A stretch of 64,000 nt of DNA from Callorhinchus milii (Eukaryota): assembly GCF_018977255.1 (NCBI RefSeq), contig NW_024704765.1, positions 7,378,001 through 7,442,000 on the forward strand, in the 5' to 3' direction. Under the pieces are notes generated by a model, which saw nothing but the letters and a program-made list of their open reading frames with translations, did no database searches and was not told the origin of the DNA. Positions 60,430-64,000 of this stretch are shown piece by piece. The position numbers and the translations under genes were made by a program. Within the stretch, counting starts at the first letter, position 1. Every line of letters begins with the position of its first letter.

Positions 60430-63400
60430 AGGACTTCCAAAGGAGGATTTCCTCTTGTTCCTCTTCCTTTCCTCTGCAGTCTTTGTTGAAGTAACTCGCT
60501 GGCTTTCTTCCCAAGGCCTCCAGGTCAGAACAGCGAGGCAAAGACTGCGAGAGGTAATCTTAGAGACGTGATCAAGACCTCCGTAAATAAAAACATCTGA
60601 ATCACTGCTCATTCCCCCCCCCCCCCCCGAGCCTTTCTTCCAGGGGTTCAGCGGGTCTGATTCCCTTTGAATTGCCACCTTGTTCAACTGGGCCAACAAG
60701 AGTCTTGTAATTGGTTCAAAACGGCCGGGGCCCTGCCACACCTGAACAAAACCAATGCTTCACTTTGTAGAATCTGAAAGAAAGAATGAAAGAACGGACA
60801 TTTGCTTTCATTTTCAGAGCACCTTAAAATGTCGAAAAAAAAAATCACACAATCACAAGAGAGGTTCGACTGAATAACACCCTTTGATCCCTATCATCTC
60901 ATCCTCCTTCTTTCACTCTTTCTTTCTTCCCTCTCTCTTTCCCTCCCTCCCTCACTTCATCTCGCTCCTTCTCTGTCTGTCTTCAAGTGCCTGCTCAAGT
61001 CCTACCTCTTTGAACACGGCTGTGATGAACCCCCCTGAGACATTACTCTTAAGTGAAGTGCGCTGTACAAATGCAAGCTGTTAAGATTCTTCCTGTAATT
61101 GTCTTCCCTCTCGCAGACTGCCTAACAGAACACAGTGGATCTTTAAGGTCTTCTAATAATCCATCAGTTTAATCTTCACCTTAAAACTTGACTTTATAAT
61201 TGATCAACGGTCTTCGCTCCTCCGCCCAAGGAGTGTTTGTCCGAAAAGGGATGGAGGCTTTTGCCTGGAATTTCAGAACAAGCTACTTGGGATGAAACAA
61301 AAAAAAACTTTTGACCTTGCAAACGTTTTGACGTCCACAATGCAGAACAAGTATGTCACTTCACTGAAGCAACTCGCACTGTATATTTAGTTATAGGGAG
61401 GGTTAGTGTCAGCGCTCTGGCTGGTCTTATTGCAGGGTTGCCCTGAGATCTGCAAACACGTGTTCTGCAATAGAACATAAGTTCCTGGATGGAACCTTTC
61501 CCAAGTTCAAAGTCATTACACGGATGATTTTTAACTGCAACCGCAATTTAACCGCAATTTAACCGTAAATTTACAACAATTCGCACTTATACAAACGCCT
61601 TTCACTTAGGCTAATGTCTCGAAGCATTTTGATATAATTTAGATGTTTATCCCAGTGGATGGGCCTGAGGGCTGTCTCCCCTAACCTTCCTTCCTTCCTT
61701 CCTTCCTTGGGTGGAATTCCACAGACTTCCTCGGCCCAATGAAAATCAATCGCTTGTGAGGATGTCGAAGGCAATTTCAGTTACAGAGCTCAGCGATCGA
61801 ACCACTCACTGTCCTTCCTTCAGGGACTGGCTCAGCCACTTAGTGAACAATCTCGCTGAGTCTGCGGTATTTTTCACATAACTGACGGCATTAGCAAAGA
61901 AGCGTACACACACACACCCTTCTCTTTTCACACAGCGCCAGTTTAACATCTCGTCCAAACAACAGCAACTCTTGACAATATAGCAATGCACACACCCCCA
62001 CTCACTAACGCAGTCTAGATTGCACGCTCGAAAGACCCCGACCCTGGATAAGAAGGGGTTGTGGCTGTGACAGCCCCTTCTTATCCAGAGAACTACCAAC
62101 CGAGACAGGCAGGAAGACCTTCAAGAAGAATTTCAAACGCACGAATAAAAGTTGCTTCCGGCGTGAAGTGTTTTAAGCAATTATCACTACGCAACTCGAA
62201 GAGGAACAGTCCGTACCTGGGCTTGAAACTTCGAACGCCGCGGTTCCCAGCGACTTGGGTTTCAGAGACCACAAAAGTTGGCTTGTGGACCCAACAGGAA
62301 CTTGCGACTGTATGGTCTGAGCAGTACCAAGAAGCTCTCTGGATTCGATTGCTCCGGAAATGGATGTTCTGGTGGCCACCTCATTCTAACTTAATGTACT
62401 CGCGACAATTCCCTTCAGGCAATAAACAGACACACCTAACACTGAATCACTGCCACCCTCTCAACCTGATTGACTGCAGAATGTGTTCTCTGCCCACTCC
62501 CGCCTCCTAGTCCTGTTGGAATCTCATATTAAAATAATATTTTTAAAAAAATTGGGGGGAGGAAGAGAGAAGCGAACGTGTGTGATGAGGAGATTGCAAA
62601 AACGAAAGAGCGTGAGTCAGATAATGAGCCACAAAGAGAGCTGAGGGGGGGGCGGGGGGGGGGGGGAGGGGAGGAATGTCTCCTGCATAAGGCCAAGGAA
62701 CTCAATATGAAAAGACCAGACTCCAAATCAATCAGCTGTTAATTCCCCTTTGTGCTGTTCATTTGGGAACTCGGTCTAATTCCTCCACTCGCTTGCCAAC
62801 ACACACACACACAATGTCAGAAGGAGACAGATATGAGGAAGACCAGTTTCTATGAGACACGTGCTCTCTGTAAGGAGCAAGTACAAAGAGAAGTTCCTTC
62901 TCTCTCTTTCTCTCACTTTGTCTCCCTTTCCTTCCCTAACCCAGGCTTTTACTACCTCACACACACACACCCAGACACGCGCACAAACTTTGCACACCAG
63001 AAAACTTTGCGCATCACAGTCCCTCCATTAACTTTCTCAATCCCATTTATAATCCAATTCGTCATTCGCAGCTCATTCCTCAAAGACCGGGGACACTCTC
63101 TATTTGCTCTCCTCTGCAATAACCTCTGGAGACTGGTCAGCCCCCACCCACCCCGCCACCCCTTATGTTGTGCGATCCATGTTTGTAATAATAATAATCC
63201 TTGCGTTTGATGCAGCACCTTATCACGTCTTCGAGACGTCTCAAAGCGCTTCGCAGGATACACTGTAAAGTGTAGTGACTGTGTATTTGGTGGGCAAAAT
63301 ATTTGTACGCAGTGCCCCAGATGGGGCCTGATCACAGCTCCATCCAGCTTGAGTACTACTTTTGGGGACGTGAGAGTAACAGAATGTAGTAGCTCTTCAC

Positions 63401-64000
63401 CTTGCACTGAATGATACCACGCCTCCTTTAACTTACAGGTGTAACCTCGGCAAAATATTGCAGGTATCCAAACCGGCCAGACCAGCTCGAACAAACAAGC
63501 AAGACAAGTGCAGACGACTGTGCCCATTATGCAGGAGACATTCCTCCCCTTGCGCACTGCAGACAAGACGCGATAGCAGGTCATCAGGCGTTTTAACACA
63601 TTCCTTCACTGCTCTTCCGTGAGGTGGAATCAGGTCACGATATCGGGGACAATCTCGGCCGGCCCCTTGCGATCTCGGCAGATGTTTCTCCGTGCCCCTT
63701 TGTTTTATCGCAGGGTGCTTTTACAGTCATTCCTGTCCAGGGGTGACTGGTTTTTTATATATCCAGGCAACAATTCCCCCAGACACAATCGCTCTTTCAC
63801 ATCGCAACTGTTTGTGTGCAAATTAGCAGCCGGGTTTGCCTACAAAAACACACAGTCACTACACTTCACAGTAGATCCTGTGAAGCACTTTGAGGCGTCT
63901 CGATGACGCTGGTTATTATCCTGTATTTTAAGGCAAGGAAGGGCCTTAAGATGAAATTCCTTCACCCTTCACCCCTCCTGATCCCAAACACGAGTTCGAG

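Noticed and set aside
61538-61573. 11-bp tandem repeat (AACCGCAATTT) x3
   Set aside because: Short slippage duplication with no supporting context
63485-63515. Possible p53 response element (AAACAAGCAAGACAAGTG)
   Set aside because: Half-sites deviate from RRRCWWGYYY and are not correctly paired

Overview
Vertebrate genomic DNA, most likely from a cartilaginous fish; a holocephalan such as elephant shark is inferred from the tRNA-headed Deu-domain SINEs and the L2/CR1 LINE remnants. The window carries the gene block found at human 1p36.2, in the same order and orientation: the 5' half of alpha-enolase ENO1 (-), complete carbonic anhydrase VI with a C-terminal pentraxin domain (CA6, +, 9 exons, 525 aa), the fructose transporter SLC2A5/GLUT5 (-, about 502 aa), GPR157 (-, 4 coding exons, 326 aa) and the miR-34a hairpin (-). 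Exons were reconstructed by hand from GT-AG boundaries and phase continuity; most ORFs in the supplied track are spurious, repeat-derived or partial exons. The most interesting observations are: (1) a tandem pair of 59-nt mutually exclusive ENO1 exons, with a duplicated GCATG-containing element and an ACTAAT site placed like a tissue-specific splicing switch; (2) a CpG island at ~44.0-44.8 kb that is very dense in housekeeping promoter motifs and has no gene starting in it; (3) an array of 5'-splice-site-complementary / CAGGTG motifs in ENO1 intron 1; (4) SINE subfamilies that share a 3' stem-loop with an L2 LINE; (5) several enhancer-like, repeat-free homeobox motif clusters. There are two assembly gaps. 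No database searches were run.
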